Below the pieces are notes generated by a model. The model saw only the letters and a list, made by a program, of their open reading frames with translations. It searched no databases and had not been told where the DNA came from. From the NCBI RefSeq assembly GCF_018350175.1, contig NC_058368.1, positions 106,022,001 through 106,086,000 on the forward strand: DNA of 64,000 nucleotides. The letters run 5' to 3'. A program made the translations under genes and the position numbers. Origin of the DNA: Felis catus. Taxonomy: Eukaryota. Of this stretch, positions 38,024 to 52,655 are shown piece after piece. The number at the start of each line of letters is the position of its first letter. The stretch's first letter is position 1.

Positions 38024-38994
38024 AAAACTGCATTCTATTTCATTGGGTAGCTGTATTATATTTCATGCAACTAATTATTTTTTGCTGGACACTTGGATTT
38101 TCTCTAGTCTTTTGCTTTACTAACAATGTTGCAATGAATGCCCTTGTGCACATGTGATTACATACTTGTGTGGATGTATCAGTAGGATAAATTCTGGGAA
38201 ATGGGACTCTGGGTCACAGATATGTCTGAAATTTTGTTAGAGATGGCCAAATTATCCTGCATAGGAGTGGGGTCATTTGTTTCCCCCATCAGCAATATGA
38301 ACTTTTGGATTTTTTTCCAAGTTGATAAGTAAGAAATGGTACCTTGGTGTATAGTTTTATTTTACATTTAACATGAGTGAGATAGAGCATCATTTCTTGT
38401 GTTAAAGGGGCATTTATTTCCCTCATGAACTCTCATATTTTTTCCTCATAGGTATATCAGGATTTTTCCTCTTTTCTGAATTTCTGGTGGTTCTTCACAT
38501 TACGAACATTTACCTGTGTTTGTGATAGTTGTTGTTGCAAATTCTTCTCAGATTATTGTCTCACAATGTTCTTCTGATATTTTTCCACACACTCTTGACA
38601 TATAGAAGTTTGATTTTATGTGTTCTCATATGTCAGTCTTTTCTCTTTGGATTTTGCATTTAGGAAATCCTTCCCTAGTTGCAAGTAATAAGGAAATTCA
38701 CTCATTTTCGTGTCATATTTTATGTGGTTTTCTTTCAAAAATTTGTATCTTCGTTCTTTTTTGGAGCTTTTCCTGGAGTATGTAGTGAGGTATCCATTCA
38801 AACTTATCTTTTTCCAACTGTTTATCCATTGTTCCAATCAATGCCAGTTACTAAATAGTTAATCAGTGGTCTATAGATATAAGCAGACTGATTTATCATA
38901 TTCTTGTTTCCCATATGTGTTTTTGTCTGTTTCTGGAATTTCTGTTCTGTTCCATTGGTCTACCTGGTTGTTCCTACTTAAGGAATACTATTTT

Positions 38995-39214
38995 CTTTAT
39001 TTTTTTAAATAGTTTATTTACTTATTTTGAGAAAGAGAGAGTGAAAGAGCCTGCACATGCATGAGCAGGGAATGAGCAGAGAGAGATTCCCAAGCAGGCT
39101 CCATATTGCCAGCACAGAGCACGATGCAGGGGAAGATTCCACACACCATGAGATCACTACTTGAGCCAAAATCAGGAGTCAGATGTTTAACCAACTGAGC
39201 CACCTGGGTGCCCC
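38995..39214 (-). mobile_element. CanSINE
   Basis: SINE body and T tail. Confidence 0.9.
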
Positions 39215-42146
39215 AATACAATACCATTTTGTTTATTGATATTTTATGTCTTAGCACCTAGTTGGGCTACTCCCCTATCATTGTTCTTTTTTCAGAGTTT
39301 TCCTGGATATTATTATTTTTCCATGTAAACTTTAGAATAAAAATTTCATTTCATGTCCCAGAAAAAAAAAATTCTTTCAGCATTTTTGTTGTTTTCCTGA
39401 ACTTTTTTATGGTAAGATATTTGAACCAAGATGGTTACAATGAGTGTTCCCATCTCAGCTCTTCAAGTTCCTAACCTCTCAAAAAACAGCGCTTTTCTGG
39501 TTCACATCCAAAAATCATAATTATATAAAACTGATCGTTAATGAAGTCCCTGCATATTTCTGGTACTGATGATACCAGACTTTTAAATGTATAGACTTAA
39601 AAGCTTTCTGGAAGTTTTGCCCGTGGTGATCACTTGTACGTGAGGGGTTTGCTTTGTAAGATCACTTTGTCTGCCTTTTGCCCCAATACTCTGTACACTT
39701 CCAAGTTTTAAGCTTTCTATAATAAAACTATTTTCTCCTAAAATGATTAAAAGTGCTCTGGGGGAAGACCACTGGTTTGGAGGTCTGTATACAATTGTGT
39801 AACTTCTGGCTCAAATGATTTCTAGTTTGCCTGGAATTTTAACAATAGTCCTGAGGTTTTGCACATTGAACAGACTTTGAGCTCTTCAGCCAAGGGGTCC
39901 TCAGTGACTGGTTTGAATATTCCCAAGTGATCTACACCTGTGAATAGAGGTGGAAGGTTATATTTGTCTCTCTACAAAAGACTCCATCCTGAAATTTAAA
40001 TTGCATTTTCTTAGAGAAATTCCTTGAAAATGTATAAAATATTTTATTAATGTGCAGAAACAGTGGCATCCAAAAAGAAAAAAAAAGTCCAAAAATACAT
40101 AAGGTAAAGGTCTCATAATAACTATACTTCACCCACATTGCATATATATAATTTTTGTGATTACTAGCTACACTATTAAATAGGGTACCTTAAGAGACAT
40201 TATGTGCCATGTAGGTGAATTTGAGTTTATTACAACAATTCTAATTTCTACATTTCTTGACATCTGTGGTATTCCATGTAGTTATAGTGAATGCTGGTTT
40301 CTTTCTTGTATTTTTTTTAAAGGAAAGGAAAATTGCAGAAATTCTAAAAAGTGTCCAATGTCTAATTATGTTTATGTGAAAGAGGTTTATGGAACTTTTA
40401 ATACTTATATGTGTGATCAGATTCCACACCATTATTCTTAATTCATTTACTCAGCACCTTTGTTGAGAGTTTCTGCTGCGTTAGGCAAGGAAGCAGGCAC
40501 TCAGGATGCCAAGATGAAGGTCATATAACCATTAACAAAATAAAAGCCAAAGTTTTGGGGGGACTTGAGCATGTAAGAAATAATTAAAAAAACAAAGTGA
40601 TGATGACTTTTTAAGCACTCTCATTTAATATTTATAATAACCCAATGACTGAAATCCTTTTATAACCTCCATTTTATAGATGAAAACTGTGAGGGACTTG
40701 GGAAAGTCAGATATAATATAGAGGTATGTTCAAAGCATTAGGAGAACCAAGAGTAGTGGGGAGTTTGGAGAAGTGGGATGTGGTGGTCAGATGAATCATT
40801 GTGAGAAGAAATTCTGGTAAGCAATCTGACCGGATCTATGGTAGGTAATATGGTAGGGAGAGGGCAATCAGCAAAAAAATATAGAGAGTATAAGCTAAAT
40901 ACTACATGTTGATGGACTGCATATGGTTAAGATGAAGTAAAATTCTTTCGCTGTCTCTTGCTTAGATAATTGGTAGGATGAAGTGATTAATGGAGATGAT
41001 AACTATAGAAAGTGAAATGGGTACAGGGAGAAGATAGTTTGCTTATTTAAATGATGATTTTAGATTTTCCTAATTTGTGATTTATAATTCCATAAATACT
41101 TTGCGTTTTCATTCTGCATTTTCTTTGTTAATTAGAAAAGACAATTTTAATGTTTTAAAATACTTTTATTTCTTTCAATGAAACTATAAAAAGAATCCTT
41201 AAAGAATACCTAGAGTCAAGGTAAGGATAAGGCAATTAAAACAGACAGAGTTGGAGAAGGCGTTAAAGAGTCTCCTCTGTCTCTGAGGCACAAGCAGTGT
41301 CAGAACACACCTTCTGATTTCACTCACAAGAATGAACTGGGATTAATATGAAGGAGAAACAGAGGGAGGGATGAGGTACTACAAGGGTTTCTGATCTAGT
41401 TTGAGTGGTACTGAGAAACTGTTTCCCTAAGGGAAGGTGATATTTGAATCGAGATCTGACAAATGGGTGAGAATGTGATGAAAAGAGGCACTGGTGGAAA
41501 TTGTTTCTCCCACTGTGCAGAGGTCTGAGCAGGGAGGAAGGAAGAGCAAATGAGTTGGCCGCAGTGGTTACAGCAGTGAAATGAGGTGCAGGAGATGAGG
41601 CCAGAATGGGATAATATGAGGCCTTGTGAAGAACTGTGTTCCATTTTAAGATCAGTAGGATATCACTCACAACAGGATAACATTTTTGTTGTTGTTGTTT
41701 TGTTTTGTTTTGAGAAATTCATTCTGGTTTGAGTGTGGACAAGAATTGAAAGGAATTAGGGTGAGCAAGGATCATGGCTAAACCCCGGGTAGCCTGTGGG
41801 AAAAAAAGACAGATTAAGAAGATATATTTAAAGACTTGAATTAACCAAACAACCAATAGTGGCATGGAAATAATATGTTAGAGAGTTTGTTTTTAAAATT
41901 TTGATTTATTGCCTAAAATCTGTGGAATAGCACTAATAGATCTGAAAATGTCTTCCCAAATCTTGGCATCGGATCCCATCAATTTGTTCACTTTCCTTTC
42001 AGTGTTTGTACATTATTTCTGCATATGTGTATTTTAGGTGTATTCTAGACTTTCTACTAGTCTGTCTTCAATAAAAAACAGTTTCTCCAAGTAACATAAA
42101 ACTACAGTTCTTTAAAATTAATTGAAAACTTTACAATAGTTTTCTT

Positions 42147-42368
42147 TTTTTTTTTTTTTTAATTTTCTTCATGTTTATTTAGTTTTGGGAGAAAGACAGA
42201 GCATGAGCGGGGAAGAGGCAGAGACAGAGGGAGACACAGAATCCGAAGCAGGCCCCAGGCTCTGAGCTGTCAGCACAGAGCTAGACAGGGGGCTCGAACC
42301 CACGAATGGTGAGATCATGACCTGAGCCGAAGGTAGACACTTAACTAAGTGAGCCACCCAGGTGCCCC
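42147..42368 (-). mobile_element. CanSINE
   Basis: TSD core tagttttctt. Confidence 0.93.
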
Positions 42369-45300
42369 TATGGTAGTTTTCTTGGTATAAGGCATATATA
42401 GTTTAAAGCTCAGAAAGGGGATTCTGGACTTAGTGTGGAAGGATCTTGGAATAATGTATTCCAGATGAAAACATAGCAAGACTAGAAAGCCCAAATCCCT
42501 GAGGACTCTCACTTCTCAGTTCTCTGTCCCTCAATCTCATCCCTCAACTGTATAAGTCAAGAATGCCTCCAGATTTCCAGAATTTCTAATGCTTTTCCTG
42601 TTGCTTCTTCAGAATTCCCAAGTGAGACAGAATCCTGCTCCCTTTGTCTTTTGTTTTCCCTTACCAAAGCTGCATATACACACCTTTTGAACAACCGTCT
42701 TCTAAAAATGTATTGTCCAAACTCTGTATTCATATCCTATGTTTCATGTTATTATTTCTCTTTCCACTTGTGAACCTTTTCTTTTGAGTATTTGTATTCA
42801 GCTGATTTCATTAAGTCTTTCTTATTTTTGGAAGATTATTGGTTTACTCTATTTTGGGGCCCAAGAGCTCAATCATACATGAAAGAATTTTAAAGTTGAT
42901 TAAGAAATGTCTCTTAGCAGATAGTCAAAGAGCTATGAGGCTGGAATGATGTAGATTCAGCTACAACAAAGAAAATGCATGTGAGTCACAAAGCTCCAGC
43001 AGCAATTTCTGGAGGTGGACATAGAATCAAGAAAATAATGGTATTAAAGTCAGAACATCATTATGCTGTATTGTCTCCACAAGTTTTTGGCTTTTATGGT
43101 TTCATCAGATGAAAATTCCACTGCAGAGAAAGCAGAAGAAGTGTGTACCTGCTTTACTTTTAGGAAGATGAAAATGTTACCATTACTTCGCCATTTTCTT
43201 AACAACAGAGAATTGAGTGCAGATAGATAGTATGTACATATATGGGTGATGACTAAGATTTTTCATCAGTACATAATTGCTTCATGCCCAACCCACTTCT
43301 AACAATATAAAATTGGAAGATTTTTGCACTTCACAGTGCAATTGGTCTTAGAGGAGTGGATTGAAATAAAAGGAAGGGTATAAAGTAGTTAAATGGAGTA
43401 CATGTGCAACACCCACTTCCCAGAAGAGTGAGGTGCATGTTGGGTTTGGGGAAGCAGGTGACCAGTCGCCCTTGGTGCACCTCACTGGGAAGGTGTTGTG
43501 TTCTTGGTGATTGCCATGGCAGTTAAAGAGCAAACTACAAGACACTGCAGCTGTCATCTCACTTAAGGATAATCAGATCAGAAGCAATCTAACACAAGCT
43601 CTTTGGTGGGTGAAGAAAAGCATTTTCATGGCTATGATTTTGAATTGTATTCCAGAAATTCCATTGTGAATTAGCTGTTTGTTATTCAGAAAGCATTTTA
43701 CCACAAACCATAATGTAATTTAACATATGTAATTATAGTTCCACTTTTCTCTGAAGGGTTTCAACTTCCACCAACCACCCAGTGTAACATTCTTTTCATG
43801 GCAAAGCATTCTAATTTGGAAGAAGAGGAATATATCTACCCATTCCTGGCGGATTGCTTACCAACAAAGAGAGGGATGACTGGTGTAGAGAAGGTAAGTA
43901 GATGCTAGTGTTCTTCAGGTTACCCAGATGCTCATTTCTTCCTCCTGCCCAATTCTCTGGAGCCTTAGTCCTGGAGCCGTTGTTGGTGAGTGGGCCGGCA
44001 AAGGACTGAACTGGCCGAGTAAGAAGGTGAGTGTCCCGAGTGAGACAGACAACCCCTGACACCACTAATTTGTTAATCTGCAATGAGGAAAATAATTCTC
44101 TAGGGTTTTTTTTTTTCATATATAAGAGAAGATTATTTTTTTCTGCATTACATAAAGATAAGATAAATTTCTGTGAAGTAACTCTCAACCCAGATGCTGT
44201 GAAATGAGGAGTATCGTAGGGTAAGAGTCAGCCTGCAAGAGTAGATTCTCTTCCTACTGTTTGTTCACAGAAGGAGAGAATGCAGATTCATGGAACAGTA
44301 ATTCTCTCAGAGATATAGGAAGAATGGGAGCCTTTATTGAATCAGCAACACTGTGCAGTGAGCATACTTAACATTGATAGTTTTACATATGCATGCACAT
44401 ACATCTTGGTTGGATAAACTAGAAAACCTTATACGCCGAAGGCTTTCTTAAGCTGGCTGTCTGCCCCATGGGCCATACCTTCACTATGGCAAGAATGTTG
44501 ATGGCTTTCTATATAGATGAGATAACATTTGGGGTAGTGTTTGTTCTAAAGCTGTCCTCCAGATGTCCAATTTTTAAACCTGCACTAACTTGTTTTCAGG
44601 GTTTAAAATACATTAAAATGACTATAATGTTATATTCTTTTATTTTGAAAACACTTATAAAAATTTAGTCCTACCTATTCCAACCTGAAAAATGTAAAAC
44701 AATTCACAATACAAACATAGAGATGTTGTTTCTGGAAAAATAGTTTTTAACATGTATCCACTTTGACGTGTATATTTCTGATTATTCTCTAAAACTAAAA
44801 AAGGAATCTTTCGATGATGATAATAATATTCTTTTATCCATAATAAATGCACTATAACATATAGATTGAATGAACTCATCATCTTTTATTGTTATTCATA
44901 TTTATGTTTTCTTCCCTACAAAAACAGACTCTTTTAAGACCCATTCCATGTCAAATTTACTTTATACCTTCCATGACTGTAAATATAGTAAATTATCAAG
45001 TAATATTAGTTGAAGAAATAAGTGTATCCTTACACTGATACCTGCTTCCTTTTGTGTGTTTGTGTTGTGGCTAACAGAGCCATTCTCTAGACCTTAAAAT
45101 ATCCTAGAGGACATGACAAACTAGAAAATCCTTAGGAAATTTTCATCACCAGTTTTCTTCTTAAAAATTTGCACTCAGGTGGACTTCATAGAATTTTCTA
45201 CTCTTTCTTTCAATCAAGAAAATATACTCACTCTAAATTCTTTCCCATTTGACAAATAGATTTAATTTGATAAATAATTGGTAGCTTTTACAAAGCAGCC

Positions 45301-46899
45301 TTTAACTTTATATATTACAAAAACATATTAAAATCCATCCACATTTGGGTTGGCAATGTATCTTCTTGATCTCTATCCTAAAGAAAACATAACCAGTCAA
45401 ATGTGTGATTTACTTTCATAATTTTGCCCCAAATCCAGCTGTTCTTCATTAGTGTATGTATTTGCCAGATCCTAGGGTAAATTTCCAGATAGTAATAATT
45501 AAAAAAAAAAAGTCCTTTCTTCTTTGGACTTTTATTTTAAAAACTGGTTTCCAGACATTATTGCAAAGCTGATGATCTTTCATCAATTTCCTTATAGAAA
45601 TGTGAATTTTTGAAAATTTTGGACGACTTATTTTGCTATCAAATCAATACCAATAATGTAGGTCTTATCCTTATTCCAGATTTCATGTCATAATGAACAG
45701 AGTTGGCTTGGTATACATGTAGTCAAGATCTAATTGCAAGAGGACATGTCAGGGACAGGCAGACTTTATAGAGCTTTGTCCTGTCATGTTCTGGACAAAA
45801 AGTAGGTGGATTTTCTTTTTATCTTAAAACTTTTCTCTTTGCAAAAAGGCAAACGCTCCTTTGAAGATGCTGCTTGAAATTCTCAGCCATTTTTATTTCA
45901 GCGTAACAAAGGCAAACAAGTTTTCATGCATCTAAGACTGAATGACTAAACAAGGTACAGCATCGAAAGCTACAAAGAGCTTAGCAAGAGAGTCCTGTGG
46001 CCAAGGGTCAATGTCAAAGACTATCTCTCATATCAGTGATAGTTATCAAAATCTAACCGTCGTCTTTATTCTAATGACTACTTTTTAAGAAGTTAAGAAG
46101 CAACCTTTTTTAGGAGTTACATAAAAGATGCTTGTTGTTTAAAATCCGAAATCTCAGGGACTAGAGACCAAGAAGAATAAATGAAAGTCATGGTTGAGTA
46201 ACTATGTAGAATTTGGGAGCAGAGTCCTGGTGTATATTAATTGTGTGGTGCATAAAATGGTTCTGAGGAATGACTGCAGAGTAATGGCAAGGGCTATGAT
46301 GAATGTAATTCTGTTGGGATGAAGCTCAGGTATTGCAGGAACAAATGCCAATATTTTTTTCCATACAGGGATTAATTACATGGTCAAGAGCTGGAATTTA
46401 CAAGGAGGCGTATTAAATAAAATAGCAGGCAAGCTTGAACTGCATTCCCACAAAAGCCATAAAATGGGAATACCAAGAGAACTGGCAAATGTAATCTTTC
46501 ACCTATTTTTTTAGGCACAGCTGTCCGTATACAGGTTGGGGAGATGGAAATTTGTGAGTAGCAAACTGTGTGCCACATTGGAAAGATTCAATATTAACAA
46601 TTTTATGCAGCTATTAAAAAAAAAAAGCTGTGCCTTCAAATGGGAATGTCTCAAGTGCACTTGAATTTGAGTGGAGACAATATATATTTTCCCATTACTG
46701 ACATATCCATTCCCAAAGGGAGTTCTTCCATTTATTCATTGGCTACATGAGCTAAACTCATACGTGCTGCCTCCAAAATCATTGGAGAGCCAACGAGTTC
46801 TTCTGCAACCAGGCAGGTTTCTGAAAATGCAGTATGGAGTTTTCAACAATGGAGGTCAAAACACAGAATGAGTCATAATAACATTAGCTACGCAATCTG

Positions 46900-47420
46900 G
46901 TTCAATTCAAAAATCTTTTAGGAGCTGCCCACCATACTGTGAATTAAATCCAAACTCTTCACTTTTGCCTCCAAATCCTTGTGTGCTATGGTGCCCCTGC
47001 CTCTTTCCAACCTCATTTCCTACCCCCCTCTCCTCTCTCGCTACAGGGAGACATACTGGCCTCTCACCAGTTCTTCAAAAGGCTCCTTCCAGCCTCATGG
47101 AATGTGGTCTCCTCTCCTTGGAATGCTGTTCCCCCCTGCCCTTGGTATGTCTGTCTCTTCTTCTTACTTTAGGCTCCATTCCTTTCTTCTTCAAAGAGGT
47201 CTTCCCTGAACACTCTTTTCCAAGTTCTATTTCCTAATTTTATCAGAGTTCCATGTTGGTTACTTCCAGAGTATATATCACAAATTATAATTATTTACTT
47301 CTGGAATTATCTCCCACTCTGTACTGCAACCACACTGAAGATTGAAAGGAGGCATGTATCCTCAGTGGCCAAAGCGTCTAACAGTGCTTTCTAAAACTAG
47401 GTCATAGTATTTGTGTGGTG
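46900..47420. mobile_element. L2 3' region
   Basis: aaatccaaactcttc...ggaatgctgttcc...agaggtcttccctgaacac L2 motifs. Confidence 0.6.
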
Positions 47421-47715
47421 AGATGTGATGAGCATTCAGTAAATGCAAAAGAATAGAAAACATCAGAGTGCACTGCACAGGATGAGGTAAGGTACTTTTT
47501 AATGCAAATATAGTTTCCAAAGTCAGAATTTGTATGTGCTAGATCATGATATAAAATGTGAGCCTCAGGGAAAAAAAAGTAAAAGCCACACCAAAGTATG
47601 TTCAAGAAACATTTGTTGAATTAATGACTTGTATTTTTCAAGTGGAAATGCCTGTCTACAAGTCTTCCCTGTTCAGATCAGGAACATGCTGATGTGTCTT
47701 TTGAAAAGTACTAGA

Positions 47716-47942
47716 GGGGGACCTGGGTGGCTCAGCAGGTTGAGCATCCGACTCTTGGTTTCGGCTCAGGTCATGACCTCATAGTTTGTGAGTTCGAGTC
47801 CCACATGGGGCTCCATGCTGAAGGCACAGAACCTGCTTCGGATTCTCTCTCCCTCTCTCTCTGCCCCTCTCTCTCTGCCCCTCTCCTGCTCACTCCCTCT
47901 GTCTCTCTCTCAAAATAAATAAATAAACTTAAAAAAATTTTA
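47716..47942 (+). mobile_element. CanSINE
   Basis: TSD core tactagag. Confidence 0.93.
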
Positions 47943-49276
47943 AAAAGATACTAGAGAGTCTATGTCCTCAAGAAAACAAAGCTTGTGTTGGTTCCACACG
48001 AAATTGCTTAAATCTTTATTCCTTTGCCTCCCTTACTGTGGTGTTTCCATTTTCAGTATGAACGTTCCTGTGACATGTAACGCTTAAGGACTTACTGATT
48101 GTGTATAAGTTAGTATTCTTAAGATCTTTTCTCAAAAGGAGGTTTAGATGGAAGGAAAGATTGAGGGGAGAGCATACAACCTTCAGGGAAGACAGAAACA
48201 ATGTAATGGGGGTTTAGTGTCAGCAGTGTTGAATGTAGAAAGCACATGTTGAATTAGCTCACTCCAAATATTTGTCTACTTCACGATCTGCAAAAGCAGG
48301 GTCCTAATGCTTCATGTGGTCAGCCAGAAAAGGGTAGTGGTGGAAGGGAAACCAAAGCATGTATTTTAGTTACAGGAACTGATCTGCTTCGGTCCCATTG
48401 AACTGTGTCTGGTTACGCCACTTGATTTTATTTTTTATTTTTTAAATGTTTTTATTTTTTGGTCACTCATTTTTAGTTTCCATGCACAAAATGAGTTCCA
48501 CATATTACAGTGATATTCAAACATATTCGAACATTTCACTTGAGCATGAACTTCTGAAACAAAGGAGAACGGAGAAGACTTTGCCTCTGTTCAGCAGAGT
48601 AACTCACTTCAGAGCCTTAAGAATTCTTTCTACCCAACATGGTTAGATTTAAAATATTTCCAAAATTCCTCACAGATCAGGAAGAAACAAAGCAACAAAC
48701 AAAAAATTATAATGAAAGCGTTGTCACCAAATTGGGAGCTCAATATTACATTTTCCTTTGGAGTGCTGCTCGGTGGGGGAAAGTCCTTGTTCACATTCCA
48801 CCCAAGCGACCATCATCCACACCCACTTTCTTTTCAAAGGAAAACATTTACTTTTGTGACTTGGTCGTAATGAAATACAAAGGACCTCTTTGTGTGTGAA
48901 AATGAAACTGGGTGTGAGCCTTTTAAGGAAAAATTAAAGAAGGATGTGTATGTGGGGGGTGAAAGCCCCAAGTCTTTTTCAGCTGTTCCTGCCTACCTCC
49001 TACTTAGAAACCAGGCTTCCCTGTGAGGCAAGGCCCAGATGTTGTGTATCAAGGAGCAAAACAGGACCTCTGAAGGCTCACAGATGAGGTGTTCAAACAG
49101 AGCCAGGTCAAGGCTGTTCACAGCGCTAAGGTACAGCACCCAATACAGAGCAAATCTCAGCCAGGCAGCCTCTAGCAGGCCTGTTCCACAAGACTGACTT
49201 GCATCTTCCTGAAATGTTTTGCATGCTGTTTAGATTTCCAAGCAGAATGAGAGCTCCATTAAGAGTAAAGCAAATT

Positions 49277-49524
49277 AGGGCAGTATGGGTGGCACAGTCG
49301 GTTAAGCGTCCAACTTCGGCTCAGGTCATGATCTCCTAGTTGGTGGGTTCAGCCCTGCATCAGGCTCTGTGCTGACAGGTCAGAGCCTGGAGACTGCTTC
49401 AGATTCTGTGTCTCCCTCTGTCTCTGTCCCTCCCCTGTTTGCGCTTGTCTGTCTGTCTATCTGTCTCTCTCTCTCTTTCTCTCTCTCTCAAAAATAAATA
49501 AACATTAAAAAATTAAAAAAAAGG
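49277..49524 (+). mobile_element. CanSINE (first of tandem pair)
   Basis: TSD aagagtaaagca. Confidence 0.93.
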
Positions 49525-49542
49525 AAGAGTAAAGCAGATCGT

Positions 49543-49762
49543 AGGGCACCTTGGTGGCTCAGTCGGTTGAACATCTGACTCTTGATTTCAACTTAGGTTG
49601 TGACTCATGGTTCCCGAGATGGAGCCCCGCATCGAGATCTGCCCTGACAGTGTGGAATCTGCTTAGGATTCTCTCTCGCACTGTCTCTTTCCCACTCATG
49701 CTCTCACACTCTCTTTCTCAAATTAATAAACACTAAAAAGTAAATTTATGTAAAAAAAAAAA
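49543..49762 (+). mobile_element. CanSINE (second of tandem pair)
   Basis: TSD aagagtaaagcaga. Confidence 0.93.
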
Positions 49763-50430
49763 AAGAGTAAAGCAGACGGGGATAACATAGTTGAGGTGAC
49801 TTACGTGCCCTGGGAGAAATTTGAGGGGGAATGGTACATTGTTTAATGCAGTACTTCAGGAGGACACAACAAACACTGAAAAATATAAAAGAGAGATGGT
49901 ACCTTCAAGGCAATTTCTGATATTGGCTGGGAGATTCTAGAAAGTTTTGTCCCTAGCAATTATCCCACCCTCTACCCCTTCTACCCTTCTTCCTATCTTC
50001 TGCTTTCTATCACCCTCAATTAACTCCCCCACTCACAGGGTCTTTCTTCTCAGCCTACACACCCTTGTGGTCTAGCCTATTGTGAAACCAGCATTCATTT
50101 CTCCTCACTGTCTTCTAGCTTGTGCTTTTGTCCCTCTTTCGTCTGGCAAATTTCTTAAGCAAGTGGTTTGTACCCCTGGCTCGTTTTGTTCCAAGCTGCT
50201 GAAGTCCCACCATGGTACTGAGACTATGCTATTGGAAATTCATCAACTAACCCTCTCTGCTTAATATTCATACTTCTTCGTACTGCTTGTCCTCTCTGGA
50301 GCCTTTGACACTATCCCACTCCGCCTTTTGAAAATTGATCCTCTCTTAGCCTCTTTTGATTTCTTTCTTTCTTTTTACACTTTGGTCAGTTTACTTCCTC
50401 CCTTCTTAGCACCTGGTGATCTGTATCTTT

Positions 50431-50658
50431 TTGTAAAAAAATTTTTTAATTTATTTATTTATTTTGTGAGAGAGGGAGAGAGAGAGAGCGTGAGCAGGGG
50501 AGGGGCAGAGAGAGAGAGAGAGAGAGAGAGAATCCCAAGCAGGCTCTGCACTGTCAGTACAAAGCCCTACTAGGGACTCAAGTGCACAAACCATGAGATC
50601 ATGACCTGAGCCAACACCAAGAGTTGGACACTTAACCAACTGAGCCACCCAGGTGCCC
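50431..50658 (-). mobile_element. CanSINE inserted in an L2 relic
   Basis: TSD tgatct(g/a)tatcttt. Confidence 0.93.
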
Positions 50659-52579
50659 TGATCTATATCTTTCATCTTCTTTTTTTCTAACACTCACTCT
50701 GCAATCTCTCTGTGGTCTGTCCTGTGACTGTCGGATTATTCTTTGATTAGACAGCACCTCTCACTTCCCCCTTGTCCTCCCTTCTTGTGTCTTGGACTTC
50801 CATCCTCACAGTATCCACCATAGTTGTTCTGTGAAAGCATTGCATCGTATGATGCCACCTGTCCACTGCAAACCCTCAGTGGCTTCCTGTCTCAGGCAGT
50901 CAGAACTAAACTCCTTGTGGGCCGGGGCCTCGTCTGTCCCTGAGCCGAGCCGCCGAGGCCGCTGACTCTGACTGTGCGGAGTCTGCCTCAGGGAATTCCC
51001 ATGAGCTGCTCTGTCTCCTTAAAATGTCATGTTGGGGCATCTGCACGTGCTGCATTCTCTCCCTAGAAGGTTATGTAGGTAGCTTTCTACCCCGGCTGCG
51101 ACATTTAAAACATATCCCCATCACTCCCTGTTCCTCCTCCCTGCTTTATTTTCCCCCAAAGACTTCTAACTGCTTATTATTTTATTCATTTTTAAAAATA
51201 TATGTTATTTATTTTTTCTGCCCCTACCAAAATAGAAGCAACATGAAAATAGAGATTTTGGAGCACTTTGTTAATGGTCAACCCCCCGTGGCCTATTATA
51301 GTACATATAGTGTATATATAGGAGCTGCCCAGTGTTTGTTGAATGAATGAATATTCAAATACTTTTAATGTTGAAAATCAATGGCCACATAAGTGTTGGT
51401 CTATTTTGTGGCTCTTTGTTTGGCTTCATTGATCTATGTGTATCCTTAAGCCAATAGCACACTGTCTTGTGGTAAATCTGTGGAGTAAGTGTTGAAATCA
51501 GATATTGTAAGTCCTTCAACTTTGTCCTTCTTTTCCAAGATTGTTTTGGCTTTTATAGTTGCATTGCCTTTTTATATAAATTTCATAAACAGTTTATTAA
51601 TTTCTTTACAAGACCATCCAGGATTTTGATTGAGGTTGTATTGACATTTAGACATATATGTCTATAGCTATAGACATCTCAGTGCACACTCAGTGAAATC
51701 ACCAAAATGTTAAAGACTCATAGTACAAGTGTTGGTAAAGATGTGGGGCAGCTGTAGCCATTGCTTGAGGAGTGTAAAATTGCACAGCTACTTTGAAACC
51801 CATAGAACCATCTATTATGAAGTTATGCTTCCCATAGGACCCAGCAGTCTCACTCCTGTGTCTTTATCCCAGAACATGAAGGCATATTTCACACACAGGG
51901 TTGAAAGTGCTTATGATAACATTATTCATAGTAACCTCAACATTGTAAATGCCTATCAAAATTTGAATGGATAAGCAAATTAAGTAATACTATGCATTTT
52001 GATAAAATGAATGGGGAGAAAGGAATAAAATATGGATGAATCTCAAAAATAGTCTACAAAATGAAAGGAGTTAGACACATGAAACCACACACTATATGAT
52101 TTCATTTATATGAAATGTCCACGAAAGACAAATGTGTGGAGATAGCAAGTGAATTAGTGGTTGCTTGGGGGCAGAGGGTGGGGCTTGGAGGAGCAGTGAA
52201 TGGGTGTGAAGGGTCTCATTGGAGTGATGAAAATATTTGAAAACTGATTTATGGTGATGGCTGCACAACTTGGTAAATACTTTAAAAATCATTGAATTGT
52301 ACACTTTAAGTGAATTTTATGATGTGCATGCCACTATAAAGTTTTTGAAAACTTTATGCTGAATTAATGATAACAAACACAGTATGACTATATACATATA
52401 AAGTTATATGCACACACATATCCATGTATGCCACATGATTCCATTTATATGCTGTTCTAAAAAAAGCTGAACTACAGTTACAGAACGTGTATCAGTGGAT
52501 GCTTGGGGCTGGAGGTCAAGGAATGAGACTAACTACAGAGGATTAAAGGGAAGCTTTTTAGGGTGAGGGATCTATTTTA

Positions 52580-52603
52580 AAATTTTTTAATTATTTATTT
52601 ATT

Positions 52604-52655
<52 letters not shown>

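Larger units (their letters stand above)
37615..39400 (-). mobile_element. Old L1M (host of the ERV; continues at ~31880-32630)
   Basis: Antisense L1 motifs (ggacacttggattt, gtaggataaattctgg, ttctgttctgttccattggtct). Confidence 0.7.

Noticed and set aside
39835..39960. Minus-strand acceptor followed by VDHLGIFKPVTEDPLAEELKVC...*
   Set aside because: No recognisable homology and no upstream exon identified.
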